Shown here: positions 16,036 to 29,215 of the stretch, piece by piece
How positions within the stretch are numbered: position 1 is the first letter of the stretch
How the letters are laid out: each line of letters begins with the position of its first letter
Origin: Eledone cirrhosa
Taxonomy: Eukaryota
Length of the DNA stretch: 64,000 nt
Direction of reading: 5' to 3'
NCBI GenBank assembly: GCA_964016885.1
Contig: OZ024740.1
Location: 283,650,001 to 283,714,000 of the forward strand
The notes under the pieces: generated by a model
The model's database searches: none
What the model was told of the DNA's origin: nothing
The model's input: only the letters and a program-made list of their open reading frames with translations
Position numbers and translations under genes: made by a program

Positions 16036-17052
16036 AGGTGTAGTATTGCTATTACGTTTATGGGCTGGAATTATAGACGAATGTATTTTCATGCATTTCT
16101 TATGGTTGCTAGCAACGTATAAATAAAGAAATGTCGTTTCGACCAGAAATTGAAACATTGTCATGTTATCTACTGAAGAGAGGCTTTTCTTTTGCTCACT
16201 TTTACCTCAATCAAGACAAGCAAATATGAGAATCTCTGTGTGGTCTCTCGACGTGCTAGAAATAGCAGCCAACTCTTCAAATTACACACAATTACCATTC
16301 AATAACATATATATGTATATATATCTTCGATATACTATCTTTAAAAGAAATATGACGAAATGATCACAGATGATGTATCTTTAATTAAAAGTCTCCTCAT
16401 TTGGGGTTGATCTGGGGCTGAACAAACACCACATTAAAAATATAGACTTCTCTTTCCAACTCCATAAAATGTTTCATTCGAACGGTAAATTAGACTCCGT
16501 CGGAAATTAAGCTTACAACGTAAAAATCTGGCCTAACTACATAAGGATTTATAATATATCATCATCAACATACGTCGGTTTTTCTATGCTAGCATAGACT
16601 GAACAGCTCGTTGTAGAGCCAGACAGTAATTATTCAGACTTACTTGCCCTCCTATATAGGCCGAGAGACCACATCTCGCTTACATACGTTTCATTTTTGG
16701 CATAGTTTCTACAACTGGATGCCCTTCATTACGTCAACTATGTCACAGAGAGTATTGGATACATTTTACTGCAGCACCAACACTACAGAGGTTGCCATGT
16801 ATATAGACGTGCACGTGAGTTTTGTGTGCGTATTCTTATGCTCTACAGACAGGCAGACAGGCACACTTCTGCAAAACTTTAATTCCCAAGATTTCTCGTC
16901 CATCATTATAATCTTCTGATATCTTCATTCCAACAACCAACAGATAAAGTATTTAAGATTTGAGAATAATAAGTAAAAACAAAAAATGAATCTGGAAAAC
17001 GTATTTCAAATGCTGCAAACTTATAAAACAGAACTATTGTTGGTTGGAAGCC

Positions 17053-17059
17053 AAAAAAA
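17053..17059 (-). terminator. Pol III oligo(T) terminator of tRNA-Ile
   Basis: T7 run 5 nt downstream of the tRNA 3' end on the minus strand. Confidence 0.85.
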
Positions 17060-17064
17060 CTCTG

Positions 17065-17158
17065 TGCCCTGGGTGAGGATCGAACTCACAACCTCCGCAT
17101 ATCTATTAGTACGTACTGTCTATAAGTACGGCGCGCTAACCGATTGCGCCACCAGGGC
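17065..17158 (-). tRNA. tRNA-Ile (anticodon TAT) with a 20-nt intron (17101-17120)
   Basis: Reverse complement: GCCCTGGTGGCGCAATCGGTTAGCGCGCCGTACTTATA-[intron]-ATGCGGAGGTTGTGAGTTCGATCCTCACCCAGGGCA. All stems pair, the intron is at the canonical 37/38 position, and it matches the metazoan Ile-UAU pattern. Confidence 0.96.
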
Positions 17159-17246
17159 TACAGCTAAAAATTTCTCTATATTTGTGTTTGTAATGTATTT
17201 AGTTGTGTACATTGACAATCCATATAGATTTCTTATAGTTAATGAC

Positions 17247-17357
<111 letters not shown>

Positions 17358-18214
17358 AAAAGAAAGTGGAGATATGAAAGATAGAGTAAAAATACTGGTT
17401 TCATTATTTTCTTTAGTCTACAACTTACACTACGTAACATTCTATACCTAATATAAACCTGACCGATTGCTTCAGTAATGGGCAATTGAGATATACAAAT
17501 GCAATAAATATATTGTTTTTTAGTCATTGGTAAGCCATGGTTGAGCAGAATTATGTTTTAAAGACATTCCAGCCGTGACCATTTCATCTGTTTAGAGTTA
17601 TCTAAAACTACATTATCTGGGTGGTAAACTTAACTGGTTGGTAGGTATAGTCCATTATTCTGTTTAACACAACCACTTGGCCCTTTACTTGCCCATTGGG
17701 TACCATTAGTGAACACCACACTATTGCAAGCATTTAGACCTGTATTTCTACTTCGCTCCCATCAGTCTCGGCATCTTCGAAAAATGTCATAAAACACAAA
17801 AATACGTTTTGACATATTGAAGTCGTTTTGACAAAATGATTTGAAAAAGATTTAACTACATTTTTCTAGCAGATCAAGCGACCACTTAAAGGTTTCTTCA
17901 TTGGCGTAAGTTGATATACATAATCTATGATGCCTAAACAAGGATCCAAGAGTTCATCTTATGAATCATTCAACTTTATTGTTGATGTAAGCGGTCTAGC
18001 TGATGTTGTTGTCGTCAATAAATCTTTGATATTATTTGACGCCATGAGAAGTTCTTTCGAGGGAATAATTTATGGTTGTTTAAGCACATCCTCTTTTCAA
18101 AGTGGATGAGCTCAGATTTTTTTTCTTCGTTTAGCAATATATATTGTTTTTCTTTCCGCTCGCTGAATTACAGAGTGTAGATCAAATAGAAGTTCTGTTC
18201 GGTCACCTACTATA

Positions 18215-18615
18215 TCATCATCATCATCATCATCATTTTACGTCCGCTCTTCCCTGCTTGCAAGGGTGGGACGGGTCTTATTCAGCACAGCATCTCTCCA
18301 CTTGTCACGGACCTTCGTCATCTCCTCCGTGAGCTTCAGCGATCTGAGGTCTGTTCTCACCACCTCCGCCCATGTTTTTCGTGGTCTTCCTCTACTGCGT
18401 CTTCCTTCTACGGGGATTTCTTGGCACTTCTTTACCCAGCGGTCATCCTCCATGCGCATCACATGTCCATACCATCGCTGTCATCTCTCCCGCACACTAC
18501 AACTTATCCCTCTTATACACAGTTTCTCTCTCAACTTCTCTATGCTTGGTCGTTCACGCACATTGACATTACACATCCAACGGAGCATAGTTGTTTCGTT
18601 TCTCTCCAGCTGTCG
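18215..18615 (-). mobile_element. RTE-clade LINE 3' fragment
   Basis: MRMEDDRWVKK...GRRSRGRPRKTW...RDKWR C-terminal RTE signature; (ATG)n tail. Confidence 0.88.
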
Positions 18616-18616
18616 C

Positions 18617-18765
<149 letters not shown>

Positions 18766-18984
18766 TGTGTGCTAATGTATGAGTAAAGAAAGCCATGCAC
18801 TATAGCTGACCAAATTTCAAGGTTAAATCCGGTTTTCTAAATTGATAACTATAATAAATTGATTCATTGAGACAAGTATCCTCATCCTGGTTCTTTCTGT
18901 TTGTGGGTATTTTTTGTTAGTTTGAAAAGGAAAACGTTTATAAAACATGGGAGAACATTCAATCATCGTTACTCCAATCATAGA

Positions 18985-19300
18985 AGCCCCAGCAGAGTGG
19001 GAGAACGCTCTATACCTTGTAGTATCCCTGGTGCAAGCCGCCTCGTGGTCCCAGCGGACATAATGGAGAAAGCATTGCCCCGGATGATAGCGAAAGAGAC
19101 ACATTCAAATAGCCATTCCCCAAATCGAGGAGCTCACTCTTGCGGGTCGTTAAATCCGGCCAGATAGCAATGAGTAGGGCGGTAGTACGACACACCCATC
19201 ATAAAGGGGCCGATATTTCAAAAGAATGAAGCCTGGGTTTATCGCCGAATGCACCATGCTGTCGCTGGAGGAAGTGTTGCTGCGTGTTGCGTCCAACGAA
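18985..19300 (-). mobile_element. CRE-like (restriction-like endonuclease) LINE 3' fragment
   Basis: Minus-strand translation EWLFECVSFAIIRGNAFSIMS. Confidence 0.7.
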
Positions 19301-19304
19301 TCTC

Positions 19305-19436
19305 GCTGTCGAAACGGCCGGAGCTCAGCCGTACGGAGCCCTGACTCTTTTCCTATTACTCACTCTACTACCCTAAGTATTGAGTACTCTCGTGCGTTAT
19401 GGTCCTCCCTGGTATCTTACCACGTCCTCTTTGTTA
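19305..19436 (+). mobile_element. Penelope-like family A, single arm plus tail
   Basis: GAAACGGCcggagctcaGCCGTA...ctctactaccctaagTATTGAGTACtct. Confidence 0.72.
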
Positions 19437-19468
19437 CACACATGCACACACACACTCACACGCACGCG

Positions 19469-19595
<127 letters not shown>

Positions 19596-19644
19596 CATTC
19601 CACTAGAAGAATTAAATATAAATCAGAAGTCATTTCAGGTGGTT

Positions 19645-19840
19645 GATTAAGAGATCATTGAGCATGGCTTGGGTGCCGCTGGCTTCTCTTCACAGCTCGA
19701 GCTGGAGGAGTTGGGCCGAGAAGAGAGCAAAAGGCAAGATGACATTATGATCTTCCCGTTCCGCGGTGGTAAGCCCCTCATCTTGGATGTAACACGCAGT
19801 GACACTTTTTCCAGCAGCAACCTGATGCATATGCTAAATG
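19645..19840 (+). mobile_element. CRE-like LINE fragment (RLE catalytic region)
   Basis: KRQDDIMIFPFRGGKPLILDVTRSDTFSSS resembles the RPD...P+..G+.L.WDVT..DT motif. Confidence 0.65.
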
Positions 19841-19895
19841 GTAACCATTCAATGTCGGGAGGGATTGGACAACAACCAAGGGTGCTTACTGTCAT

Positions 19896-20322
19896 TGGTG
19901 GATTGGCAGTATCGGTAGAGGGTCGGAGGCCACGCCTTGTAGCATAGAGTTATGGCCCTTTACGGTCTGAGTTCAAATCCCGCCGACGTTAATTTTGCCT
20001 TTCATCCTTGCTGGGTAGATAAAATAAAGTATCGGTAATGCACTGGAGTAATTGCTGGCCTTGTGCCAAACGTAGAAACAATTATTTACATGAACAGAGG
20101 GTGGTAGATTGGCAGTATCGGTAGAGAGTCGGACGCCATGCTTTGCAGCATAAAGTTACGGCCATCTATCCTTCTGAGTTCAAATCCCGCCGAGGTTAAC
20201 TTTGCCTTTCATCCTTACGGGGTCGATAAAATAAACCACCAGTCACGCACTGGGGTCAATTTAATCGACTTCCTCTTCCCCCAAATTACTGGCCTTGTGC
20301 CTATATAAGAAACCATTATTTA
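19896..20322 (+). mobile_element. Two tandem SINE-A copies (short-tail, then long-tail subfamily)
   Basis: ~19896-20087 and ~20100-20322; tatttacatgaac follows both copies. Confidence 0.88.
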
Positions 20323-20670
20323 CATGAACGGGATTGACATGCGCAGCCGAGGTATATGTTTTATGAAATATAAATGGATATCATGTTTAGATTCGAGTTC
20401 GCACCCCAGGCTTTTCGTTTTATACATGTTGTATACAATGTATACAAATATTCTAAAATACGTAAAACCCTGGATCCGAAACACTTCCAGTCTAAAGCAA
20501 ATCAGGAAATGAATTCATTAATTGGAATGTGGCCAGGCAGGGGCACAGTCATCTAGTGTACATACAACTTACGACTAGTACTTAGTATTAGTACTAGTAC
20601 TCTGGATGAGTTAAAAGAAACGTGCATCGGTGCGAGATTTGAACCCACATTCTAACGATGTTTGCATGCT

Positions 20671-20708
<38 letters not shown>

Positions 20709-20732
20709 GTTGTGTGTGTGTGTGTGTGTGCG

Positions 20733-20766
<34 letters not shown>

Positions 20767-20769
20767 ATA

Positions 20770-20910
20770 TAATATGTAGGTTACCGAGTTGTGTCAGGCT
20801 GTAACCACAGTTCTCAATACGCTGGTAGAATATAGGCATCTTTGTTTTATATATAGAAATTACTCCTACAAGACTAGAACTGTTTCTTTCGTATGAAATT
20901 ATCAGGAATG
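20770..20910 (-). mobile_element. Penelope-like family B relic with degenerate type-I hammerhead (20861-20910)
   Basis: Reverse complement: cattc-CTGATAA-tttc-atac-gaaa-GAAACAG-ttctagtc-TTGTA-ggagt. Confidence 0.6.
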
Positions 20911-20913
20911 TAC

Positions 20914-21051
<138 letters not shown>

Positions 21052-21156
21052 AGAGTGAAAAACGCCGTACGTTAAAACTAACCGCAGTACAGAGTACTCA
21101 CAACCTCTAACTGGATCACCTTAAACGATACCTTGTTATCCTATGTATAAACATAT

Positions 21157-21191
<35 letters not shown>

Positions 21192-21202
21192 ATATATATG
21201 TG

Positions 21203-21244
<42 letters not shown>

Positions 21245-21337
21245 CACATAGCGTGAACCTAATAAACCTTTATTTGTCTGCCTCTCTGTTTTTGTTCCCG
21301 TATAAATTTGCACTATATATATCTATATATATATAGG

Positions 21338-21567
21338 TACGTTATTCCGGGTTGAATCGGAGGTAACCACAGTAAGTAAGGTACTCAATACATTGCAGAG
21401 TATAAAAGTTTTAATATAGATGAGATTCTACAGGACTAGAACTGTTTCATTCGTGTACATACTACTTACGACTAGTACTTAGTACTAGTACTAGTACTCT
21501 GGATGAGTTAAACGAAACGTGCATCGGTGCGAGATTTGAACCCACATTCTAACGATGTTTGCATGCT

Positions 21568-21606
<39 letters not shown>

Positions 21607-21640
21607 TCTAGTCCTGTAGAATCTCATCTATATAAAAACT
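21338..21640 (-). mobile_element. Penelope-like family B fold-back with captured local DNA in the loop
   Basis: 21338-21452 is the reverse complement of 55870-55984; the inverted arm is 21604-21640; the spacer is a copy of 20556-20700. Confidence 0.75.
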
Positions 21641-21674
21641 ATATATATATATATAAATATATATATATATATTA

Positions 21675-21798
<124 letters not shown>

Positions 21799-21917
21799 AT
21801 AATAATAAATTTGAAGACTAAAATCCAAAGAGGGCTCGATAAGGATAAATATATATCAAATATATAAGAACCGTAGAGCAAATATTTATTAAAATAGCAG
21901 ATTAATCTGTTATTTTA

Positions 21918-21984
<67 letters not shown>

Positions 21985-21986
<2 letters not shown>

Positions 21987-22126
21987 CAAAGAGGGTGTTG
22001 GTAAGATACCAGGTGAACCATAACGCACCAAGTACTCAATACTTTGGGTAGTTGAGTGGGAACTAGTTCGGATCTAGCTATCAAAACGGCCGGAGCTCAG
22101 CTGTCGGGGTCCTGGCTCTTTTCCTA
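21985..22126. mobile_element. Penelope-like family A, rearranged (tail on the minus strand joined to an arm on the plus strand), in (TA)n
   Basis: aagtactcaatactttgggtag (reverse-complement tail) followed by aaacggccggagctcagctgtcggggtcctggctcttttccta. Confidence 0.7.
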
Positions 22127-22128
22127 TA

Positions 22129-22318
<190 letters not shown>

Positions 22319-24099
22319 GAGGATCGTGTGTGTGTGTATTATATCAACTTCCTTCCTTTTTGCATCAAACAGCATTAAAACACACCTTATGACAATCGAA
22401 CCCATTATATTTCACAAATTTCATTAAAATTTTTGGGGGATAGTACACTTTTTATATGTGTGTACATGATTGTATATGTGTATGTATCTATATATATGTG
22501 TGTGTGGTTTCGATTGCTATGGTATGTGAGTATGATTTTATGTAAATGTGAATGTGTATGTGTGTGTATGCGTGGTGTGTAAGGATCTTATCCTAGATGG
22601 TATATGTGGGGTATCAGTTTTTTCATTTGACCCACCACCACCACTAAAAAAAAAAGAAAAACATGCAAAAAGAGTATAAAATAAATAAATACAGAAAACC
22701 AACTGCGATATAACAAAGAAAATAAGATATGGGTTTGTAGGATCGTTTACAGGTAGGATTGTTGGTGGTTGTGGAGGTGGTAGTAGAGCAGGAAGGAAGG
22801 AAAGGGGGAGTTAGGTCAATGACGATTTGGAGGTTAAGCGAGAACTTGTTTCGTTCACGTGACTTACAGTAGTTTTAATTCATAAGGTTTGTAAGTAGTA
22901 AAGTAAAGTCAATTGTTGACTGCTTCGGCGTCCTCGCTGTAGCATGTCGCTTCACCGGTCACACTGCCGTTTAACAACAACAACAACATCAACAGCTATA
23001 AGAAGAATACGTACACTATAAGGAATTTACTTTTACCTCAACCAAAACAAAATCAGTAAAGGTGAAAATAAACTCAACAAAAACAACAACAACGAAATAA
23101 CCAGGGTGTCCCTCGTTGAAAATGCGTGACCCTTTCACGTCCCAAATCATTTTTTCTATGCAAGATAAAGGGACACGAACGAGTTCGAACTACTGTCAAC
23201 ACTTTCAATGGAATCTATTTACACGTGATTCAGATTTCGGCTGAGAACCCTGGTGGGTTAGTTTCCTTTTTTTCTTTATTTTTTTATTTAATTTTATTCT
23301 ATTATTGCTGGGGTATTGCTTTGAAGGGATTTTAATCTATCATTATCGATCCCAGTATTTATTTTTCCAAGTTTGGTCTTGCTTTATCCATCTCGCTTTT
23401 ATCGAACTAATAAATTGCCGGACATAAACAAGCAGTAAACATAAACACAACATGCACGCACACACGCACGCACACACACGCACACAGACACACACACACA
23501 TGCACATGCGCGTGCACACACACAGATACATACATACATACATACATACATACATACATACATACATACATACATACATACATACATACATACATACATA
23601 CATACGCATATTCGACGGGCTTCCACACAGTTTGAGTCTACTCAAAAAGCACTGATCAGTAGGTGGCTTTACTTACGTACACTTACTTACGGTGTCACAC
23701 AGTAGGAGTAAACCCGAAACCACTCAGTTGCGAAAGGAAGGCCTCAACCACAAGCTCTGCCCAGTCTATAGGGATAGCTGACCCTTAATAATTCCCAAAT
23801 ATCCCCAGTTTTGTTACGCTAGCCATAGCTAGGTAAATTGTTATGGTATGTGTATTGTATAATTTCACTTCATGCTTCTAACACTCGAACGTAAATTGTA
23901 ATTTAATCTCATGTTGATAGATACGTACACTGTTATATAATATGGTATTTACTAATACACGTTCTGTCTTATCACATACGCAATATACACATACGCGTAA
24001 ACACCCAAATATGCACTTACACGCTGTCGCAGTGTTGAATGCATGTGAGTATATTTGAATGAGAGGTTGGTACCTATTAAATACACCTAGGATTAACTA

Positions 24100-24215
24100 A
24101 TTTATCCCGGTTTTAATCGGGGGTAAACACAGTAAATAAGGTACTCAATACATAGCAGAGTATTAATATTTAAAATAGAAATGGCTTCTACAGGACTAGA
24201 ACTGTTTCATTCGGG
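24100..24215 (-). mobile_element. Penelope-like family B 3' fragment
   Basis: aaggtactcaataca..gcagagtat...ctacaggactagaactgtttcattc, as at 21338-21452. Confidence 0.7.
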
Positions 24216-24780
24216 AGAATATATATATGCATGTGTGTGTGCGCGCGTAAGAGAGAGAGAGTGTGTGTGTGTCTGTGTGAATGAGAGAGAAAGAGTTATT
24301 GTTTGTGTGTGATTAATTTGAAAAGCCAGAGTACTAGTGAAGTCTCAAATTTTTAAACAGTCACTATTAATAATGGTTTTTGATTCAGATACAAGATCAA
24401 TAATTTTGTGGGAGGTGAAAGTCGATTAAATCAACCGCTGTGCGTTACTGGTACTTTATTTTATCGATCCCGTAATGATGAAAAGAAAAGCTCACCTCGG
24501 CGGGATTTGAACACAGAATATAAAGAGCCAGGACAAATATTGCAAAACACTTTATCCAAGGCTCTAGCTTGTCAACCAATCCACAACTCTACACAGTCAC
24601 TATTAGTGAGAAATATTGTGTGTATGTGGATGAGTGGGTGTTAAAGCGAGATTATTGTGGTTGCGGATTGAACTGATACGAGACAAGCTCAAATCTGCTG
24701 TCAACGTTTCTTTGCGTATTTAGACGGTTCACTTAACACTAAACTATAAATACATTACTCTTCTAGGAATATTTGATACA

Positions 24781-24968
24781 AGGATTGGCAGTATCGAAAG
24801 AGGGTTGGACGCCATGCTTTGAAGCATAGTTACGTCCCTTTACAGTCTGAGTTCAAATCCCGCCGAGGTTAACTTTGCCTTTCATCCTTACGGGGTCGAT
24901 AAAATAAAGTACCAGTAATGTACTGGGTAATTGCTGGCCTTGTGCCTAAAGTAGAAACAATTATTACT
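24781..24968 (+). mobile_element. SINE-A copy (older minus-strand relative at ~24368-24580)
   Basis: Family consensus match. Confidence 0.88.
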
Positions 24969-25561
24969 TTTTCTATTTAACGATCTAAAACTGGAACAAA
25001 ATTATGTCTTGTCATATACCAGCCTCGGGACAAACTTGACCGAGCAAGCAAACGGTAATAAAATAACTAGGAAAATGGTCAAAAAAAAAAGTAACATTTT
25101 GGCTAGGAACAAAATGTTTTACGCTCTTCATACCAATCTACTCAAAACGTCCCCCGATTCTATGAAACAAAATCATCTATTTTATTGGGTTCCTAGTTAA
25201 ATTAAGGTCTTCCAAAATAATTTTATATAGGAGCTCTATAGTATGTTACATCAAATAACAAATAAATTTAGTAGATTCCTTCAAATGCCTCATTAATTAA
25301 TTCTAATGCATCATATTTGATTTGAGATATGGTCAGGGAATGGATAAATCGGGATTTAAGTATTTTTTGTTGTTGCTTTTTCTTATAGTTTTATAGATAT
25401 GATTCCAGTTTTAAATAAATTGTCTTTGGGGCTTTTTTTTATCTATTCATCAAGATCGGTTTTTTTTTTATCAAAGACATTCCAGCAATAACTACTTCAT
25501 CATTTCTTGGCTTGGAGGCGGGTATCTATGACCAGGTTATCTGAGGGGTCTTTCGACAATT

Positions 25562-25920
25562 CAAGATGTCCGAACACGGAAGAGTCGAACAGCCACTGTC
25601 ATCGCCTCCGTCTCTCTCGCCCTCCCCATCTCTCTGTATTGTGAGCAAATGGGGTATCATGTGCTAGCCGCCCCCACAGCCCCGGTGGACAGAATCGAGA
25701 AGGCGTTTCCCCGGAGAATGGTAAGGGAGATGTGCTGGAAGAGCCATTCCATCTCGCGAGCCTCAGTGCCTATGGTGGTGAGTAGGGAGGTAGCCCTAGG
25801 GCCAATGACACCAGAAGTCTCCACTGCCAAGGGCACGACAGCAAACCTGTCGGAGAGCAGCCGGTACTTGGAGAGTTTTCCCTCCTCAGCCCGAAGGGCA
25901 GCAGAACCTGGGTTAATTCG
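25562..25920 (-). mobile_element. CRE-like LINE 3' end
   Basis: Minus-strand translation PGSAALRAEEGKLSKYRLLSDRFAVVPLAVETSGVIGPRA...EWLFQHISLTILRGNAFSIL, followed by the shared 3' UTR. Confidence 0.8.
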
Positions 25921-26204
25921 AGATGGAAAAGGGATAATTTGACAGAAAGATTTTACTGCTTTCTAGATCACGTGACCTCGTATAGTCTTCATCATTGTCT
26001 CACGAAACGTGTGAGTGTATAGTGGTAAATGTGTAACATGAGTAAATACACATTTGCCTCTACGTTTTATCTGTACAAATATGTGTGTGTGCCGGCGTAT
26101 ATGTATGTTTGCAAAGATCACTACCTATGAATGGGTGCGCCTGAGTAATCCAGGGAGTGCGGAGGTGTATATATATATATGGGTGAGGTGTGGAAGGGCT
26201 TGTA

Positions 26205-27078
26205 TAGGCAGCCGCATATTTATACAGCTATGTATAGATGAATGAATGCATACATACACACACACACATACATACACACATACATACATACATACATACA
26301 TACATACATACATACATACATACATACATACATACATACATACATACATACATGATTACGTACATACATACATTCATACACACACACATATACACATATA
26401 TACACGCATACATACATACATATATACATAGATACATACATACATACATACATACATACATACATACATACATACATACATACATACATACATACATACA
26501 TACATGATTGCGTACATACATACATTCATACACACACATATACACATATATACATACATACATACATACATACATACATACATACATACATACATACATA
26601 CATACAACCATACATACATACATATATACATACATACATACATACATACATACATACATACATGATTACATACATACATACATTCATACACACACACACA
26701 TATACACATATATACATGCATACATACATACAACCATACATACATACATACATACATACATACATACATACATACATACATACATGATTACGTACATACA
26801 TACATTCATACACACACACATATACACATATATACATGCATGTATGTATGTATGTGTTTGTATGTATGTATGCATGTATATATGTGTATATGTGTGTGTG
26901 TGTATGAATGTATGTATGTACGTAATCAAGTATGTATGTATGTATGTATGTATGTATGTATGTATGTATGTATGTATGTATGTATGTATGTATGTATGTA
27001 TGTATGTATGTATGTGTGTATGTATGTATGTATGCATTCATTCATCTATACATAGCTGTATAAATATGCGGCTGCCTA
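26205..27078. repeat. Higher-order (TACA)n-based tandem array with a terminal inverted duplication
   Basis: Unique ~45 bp arms taggcagccgcatatttatacagctatgtatagatgaatgaatgc and its reverse complement; four direct units marked by catgatt; strand switch near 26838. Confidence 0.88.
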
Positions 27079-27309
27079 CATACATCTACGAAAGCCGAGT
27101 ATATAGTTCAAATGTGCTCAGAATAATTTAATACAGTCAATCTGTTAACTAACAAGATCTGATATATTGTCTCGCACCGCCATAGTGTTTAGCTTACACA
27201 TTCATGTCTGGTTGTGTGGCTATGTGTATATAGTAATAACAGTAGCCAACACTGTTGCACATACACACCAATCCTATGTGCTCCACACCTTAGATGAGGT
27301 AACGAACGG

Positions 27310-27401
<92 letters not shown>

Positions 27402-27427
27402 GCAAAGGAATCGAATGTTATTATTAA

Positions 27428-27590
27428 TTTGGCAGTATCATGCTTTCCAGCATAGTTACGTCCCTTTACGATCTGAGTTCAAATCCCGCCGAGGTTGACT
27501 TTGCCTTTCATCCTTACGGGGTCGATAAAATAAAGTACCAGTAATGTACTGGGTAATTGCTGGCCTTGTGCCTAAAGTAGAAACAATTAT
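27428..27590 (+). mobile_element. SINE-A with internal deletion
   Basis: tggcagtat is joined directly to catgctttcc. Confidence 0.85.
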
Positions 27591-27810
27591 TAATATTCGA
27601 AAAACTCAGATTACATTTATATATATATGTGTATATGTATATGCCCACACACACACACACACATATATATATACATATGTATACACACACATACATATAT
27701 ACATATATATATAATTATTAATAAGGTAGAGGGTCGACCGCGAGCTCAGGCGATTTCAGCTTGTGATTTTTACAAAAGTGAAAGTGAAACGCTAAACCCA
27801 AAGAGCGCCA

Positions 27811-27853
<43 letters not shown>

Positions 27854-27929
27854 AATTTTAAGTTGGGCGAATCACATAGACATTCCTTCTTTGTTTTTTG
27901 TTGTTTTTTTGTTTTTTTGCTTCGTTTTA

Positions 27930-28040
27930 GTTACTACAGTAAACGCTGGAAACACCGGTTCTCGTCCGATCACCGAAGTTAAGCAACGTCGTAATGCTTA
28001 GATGGGTGACCGTTGGGAAACCTAGGTGCTGTAAACATTT
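27930..28040 (+). pseudogene. 5S rRNA pseudogene
   Basis: aaacaccggttctcgtccgatcaccgaagttaagcaacgtcg...gatgggtgaccg.tgggaa...ggtgctgtaaac matches metazoan 5S; ~10 nt internal deletion and a degenerate 5' end. Confidence 0.88.
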
Positions 28041-28087
28041 CCTTTAAAATAATTATATTTTACAAAGCTGTTTATACTAAAACAAAA

Positions 28088-28720
28088 CATTGACAGTATC
28101 AATAGAGTGTCAGACACCATGTTTTTCAGCATAAAGTTATGACCCTTTGCGTTCTGAGTTCAAATCCCCCTGAGGTTAACTTTGCCTTTCATCCTTACGG
28201 GGTCGATAAAATAAAGCACCAGTAATGCACTGGGGTAATTGCTGGCCTTGTATCTATATAAGAAACAATTATTATTACTATTTGGCAGTGTCGGTAGAGG
28301 GTCGGACGCCATGCTTTGACGCATAGAGTTACGGCCCTTGCCATTCTGAGTTCAAATCCCGCCGAGGTTAACTTTGCCTTTCATCCTTACGGGGTCGATA
28401 AAATAAAGTACCAGTAATGCACTGGAGTAATGGCTGGCCTTGTGTCTATATAAGAAACAATTATTATTACACTGGGTAATTGCTGGCCTTGTGCCTAAAG
28501 TAGAAACAATTATTACTATTAATGACTTGGCAGTATCGGTAGAGGGTCGCACGCCATGCTTTGCAGCATAGAGTTACGGCCCTTTGTGGTCTGAGTTCAA
28601 ATCCCGCCGAGGTTAACTTTGCCTTTCATCCTTACGGGGTCGATAAAATAAAGTACCAGTCATACACTGAGATAATTGCTGGCCTTGTGCCTAAAGTAGA
28701 AACAATTATTACTATTAATG
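28088..28720 (+). mobile_element. Head-to-tail cluster of three SINE-A copies plus an extra 3' fragment
   Basis: Copies at ~28088, ~28281 and ~28528; duplicated tail at ~28469-28520. Confidence 0.9.
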
Positions 28721-29215
28721 ACTGGCTTTGTAAAAACAGTAGCAACTTACACTGATGAAATAAAAAGTGTGTACTGGTTCCTGTGTGGGTGGATGTGCGT
28801 GTATGATTGTTTGCGTGCAGATGAGGGCGCCTAAACACTACTACGGGAAAAGAAAAGTAGAGAAAACTTTTTTAAAAAAAGGAAAAGGAAGGAAATAGCA
28901 GTCGTAAATGTTGAGAGAGAGGGAAACAAGGAAAGGGAGAAGTGTATATATAGTCCTTAAAATTTCACCGTGACATGACTACAAAGAAATCAATGAGGCG
29001 CTTACTTGCTTTAGGGGAATGTTATCTCCTTTACTTTCTATTCACTAATACAAAAGAAATTTCACGTTAAGTCAAAGGTTATTAGGTTTAAAGAAGAACA
29101 TATCATAGAATTAAACAAGTGAATTGTAGAAAATAAGTATACATATTGAATAGAATGTAGATGAGAAAAGAATGCTGAAAGTAAAATGTTTTATGGCTTT
29201 TAGATGACATTAAAC

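Noticed and set aside
20335-20510. Tigger/pogo-like MITE end (ccgaaacacttccagtc..aagca)
   Set aside because: Resemblance from memory only; paired TIRs and a TSD could not be established.
27930-28040. Functional 5S rRNA gene
   Set aside because: Internal deletion in the control region, degenerate 5' end and no array; called as a pseudogene.
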